NCBI RefSeq assembly: GCF_039654945.1
Contig: NW_027361714.1
Location: 15,066,001-15,130,000 of the forward strand
Length of the DNA: 64,000 nucleotides
DNA from: Dendrobates tinctorius
Lineage: Eukaryota
Direction: 5' to 3'
The notes beneath the pieces are model-generated. The model saw only the letters and a list, made by a program, of their open reading frames with translations. It searched no databases and had not been told where the DNA came from. Positions within the stretch are counted from its first letter, which is position 1. Every line of letters starts with the position of its first letter. The position numbers and the translations under genes are program-made. This document shows positions 61,660 through 64,000 of this stretch, one piece after another.

Positions 61660-62244
61660 TAGGGTGATGACAATTTTAAAAATTTTGCAAAACGAAAATG
61701 AAACCTCTTAGATTGGAGGAACAATTGCATTCAAATGACATTAGTATCATCAAATTTGTAAAATATTCAAAAAAGTTCCCCCTCTTTTTCAAAAGATTTT
61801 TCGTCTTTTAATTTTAATCTTTAAAGAAAATATATTTCTAAGTTGTAACAAAAAGTGGTAATTTATTCACATCTAGAACATTCTGGAATATTTTAAAATA
61901 TTTTGGAACTTAGTATTATCTTTTCATTTTCAGTACAAAGCTTCAAGTTTTACGATCAAAAAGTGCATTCAGAAAATGTCTTCTAGAAATTCCAGCAACA
62001 GTGTAAAAGCAAACTGGTCTATCTGGACGAGGAATCTGCCCTCCTATTGTCAACATAAAAGATAATAATGCAAAATTGCATGTCCTTTTTTGGCGGAAAA
62101 ATACCATTTTTGCCTTTTCATTTGAATGAAAGGGGGAACTTTTTTTAAAAAAACAAAAAAAAGCAATACTTATTCTTAAATAACCCATAAAAGTTCCTCC
62201 ATTGCACATGGTTTCATAAAAAAAATTTTTTTGTCATTACACTA
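61660..62244. mobile_element. hAT-type MITE in DIRS D
   Basis: 8-bp TSD CTGTGCAT (61652-61659 and 62245-62252); TIR TAGKGTRATGACAA. Confidence 0.82.
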
Positions 62245-62674
62245 CTGTGCATGCCTACCTAGATGCGGCTAACTGTTTCGCATTTGCAGCTGCTAACGTT
62301 GTTAGCATCAGGAGAGCCCCTAGGGCTCTGGGAGTGGAGAGCAAACCCCTCTAACAGGAAATCTCTAATTTCCCCACACAGGGATAGGGAATCTCAAACT
62401 GGCATTCAAGCCCTCATTCCTGGAGACACAAGCCCTCTCTGTGCAGATCCAAGGGTCCTCCTTCCCGCATGTTTTCTGCGCTTTGACTCCGGTATCCGGA
62501 AGACACAGGCAGGCTCTTCTTTCGACAGGTCCCACTGGCAATCGTTCAAGACCAAGGGGTCAGAGATCTGGTGTCCCCCAGACGCAAAAATAGAATTTGC
62601 GTCTTCCCTGGCAACACTCTTCTTCCAGACCCTTCTTCGGAGGATAGAAGTGCGTGCAGTTCCATTTTATCAAG

Positions 62675-62739
62675 GACGAAGTGGCTGAGCGGTTAAGGCG
62701 ATGGACTGCTAATCAATTGTGCTATGTACGCTTGGGTTC
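62675..62739 (+). pseudogene. 3'-truncated tRNA-Ser(GCT) copy inside the DIRS D RT gene
   Basis: GACGAAGTGGCTGAGCGGTTAAGGCGATGGACTGCTAATCAATTGTGCTATGTACGCTTGGGTTC. About 7 mismatches to the vertebrate tRNA-Ser(GCT) as I recall it; anticodon at 62708-62710; ends in the T-loop. Confidence 0.85.
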
Positions 62740-64000
62740 CAGTAAATCTGAACCATGCGCCCCCTCCTAGACCTAAAGCTTTTAAGCTTGTCAAAGTACG
62801 TCATTTCAGAATCGAAACTCTCCGTTCTGTTATCTCCTCATTGGAAACGGGAATACCTTGCGTCTGTCACATCAGGGACGCGTATCCACATTCCAATCTT
62901 CTCAGGCCAATCGGAGACTAACATTTTCGGTTCACGGCCTTGCCCTTCGATCTCGCCACTGCCCCTAGAGTATTCACCAGGGTCATGGCTGCTGTCATGT
63001 CCACTGTGCACTCTCAGGGCATGGTGATTCTACCCTACCTAGATGACCTCCTCATCAAGGGATCGTCTCTGCAGGCCTATGCGGAAGGTGTCAGTGTCAC
63101 GTTGGTCTCTCTCTCTGTCTCGTCTGGGTTGGCTAGTGAACCTAGACTAGTCCTTTTCAGTCCCATCCCAGCAAATCTCCTTTTTTGGGGTTGGTGATGG
63201 TAATTCTCCCTCCAGGAAAGATCTCGACACGGATACGGGGAGCCCGGCTGCCCCTCACCACTCCCTGCGGTTCAGTATACAGGTCCTGAGGAAGCTGGTG
63301 GCATCGATTGAGGCAGTACCGTTTAGCCAACTACATCTCCGTCCTCTACTGAGGCAATGCCATCGGCTTGGGACGTTAACCCAGCCCCCCTGGACCGCCG
63401 TTTTCGCCTGTTCCCCCAGATTAAGCAGTCTCTCAGGCGGTGGACGTCAACATCCACACTAGGTCAAGGAACGTCGTTTCTTCTGGTCCACTGGTTGGGG
63501 TGCGTTTTTTCCATCTCTCACTGCCCAGGGTCGCTGGTCCATTCAGGAATCGTGTATCCCGATCAATATCCTCGACATTCGGGCAATCAGGATGGCCCTT
63601 CATTGCTTCCATCGACTTTTGTCCAGCCGTCCCATTCGGATCCGATCGGACAATGCCACGGCGGGGGCATAATGGCAAGAGGGGACACATAGAGCAGAAG
63701 AGTGATGCTCGAAGTAGCATACATTCTGCGGTGGGTCAAGACTCACCATTCAGCCTTTTCGGTAGTTCATATCCTGGAAGTAGAGAATTGGGCGGCAGAT
63801 TCTCTCGGCCGTCAAGGTCTTCCCTCGGGAGAGTGGTCCCTTCATCTGGAAGTTTTTTTTCAACACATTTGTCAGCGCTAGGGTACTCCGGATGTGGATC
63901 TCATGGCCTTCAGGTTGAACGCCGAAGTTCTGACATTCGTTGCTCGCTCCCGAGATCCATTAGCTATTGGATCAAAAGCTCTTGTGCTTCAATGCCATCA

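Larger units (their letters stand above)
58764..64000 (+). mobile_element. DIRS1-type retrotransposon, copy D (old, runs past the window end)
   Basis: Left terminus TTTCTCCTTCGCCTCATTGGGGGACAC, similar to copy B. Decayed Gag, RT (LPFDLATAPRVF, YLDD near 63035), RH and start of MT (GEWSL, DLMA). Confidence 0.88.

Noticed and set aside
62675-62739. Functional tRNA-Ser gene
   Set aside because: Lacks the 3' T-stem and acceptor strand and has a broken B box.

Overview
Vertebrate genomic DNA, very likely a frog (anuran), judged from its repeat families. The only host gene I can support is REPS1 on the + strand: four internal, frame-compatible exons at 27677-27870, 29832-29985, 46832-46956 and 54527-54689. 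The rest is intron filled with nested mobile DNA. This includes four DIRS1-type tyrosine-recombinase (YR) retrotransposons (Gag, RT/RNase H/methyltransferase, YR; three with inverted termini and an internal complementary region, ICR), three Tc1 transposons, an 11.3-kb hAT element, piggyBac-type elements, a CR1 LINE, a V-SINE, Harbinger/hAT/TTAA MITEs, Penelope-type insertions with hammerhead ribozyme cores and a 29-bp minisatellite. Most notable: (1) in the two best-preserved DIRS copies, Gag and the YR ORF are in one frame separated only by a UGA in a viral-type readthrough context (UGA-CGG, UGA-CUA) with a 3' hairpin, and UGA-C is seen at the homologous site in all four, which suggests a Gag-recombinase readthrough protein; (2) a tRNA-Ser(GCT) segment sits inside a DIRS RT gene with microhomology at both ends; (3) a Penelope-like insertion has no hammerhead but carries a potentially pseudoknotted RNA; (4) transposons are nested up to four deep. 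All family assignments come from motif recognition, not database searches.
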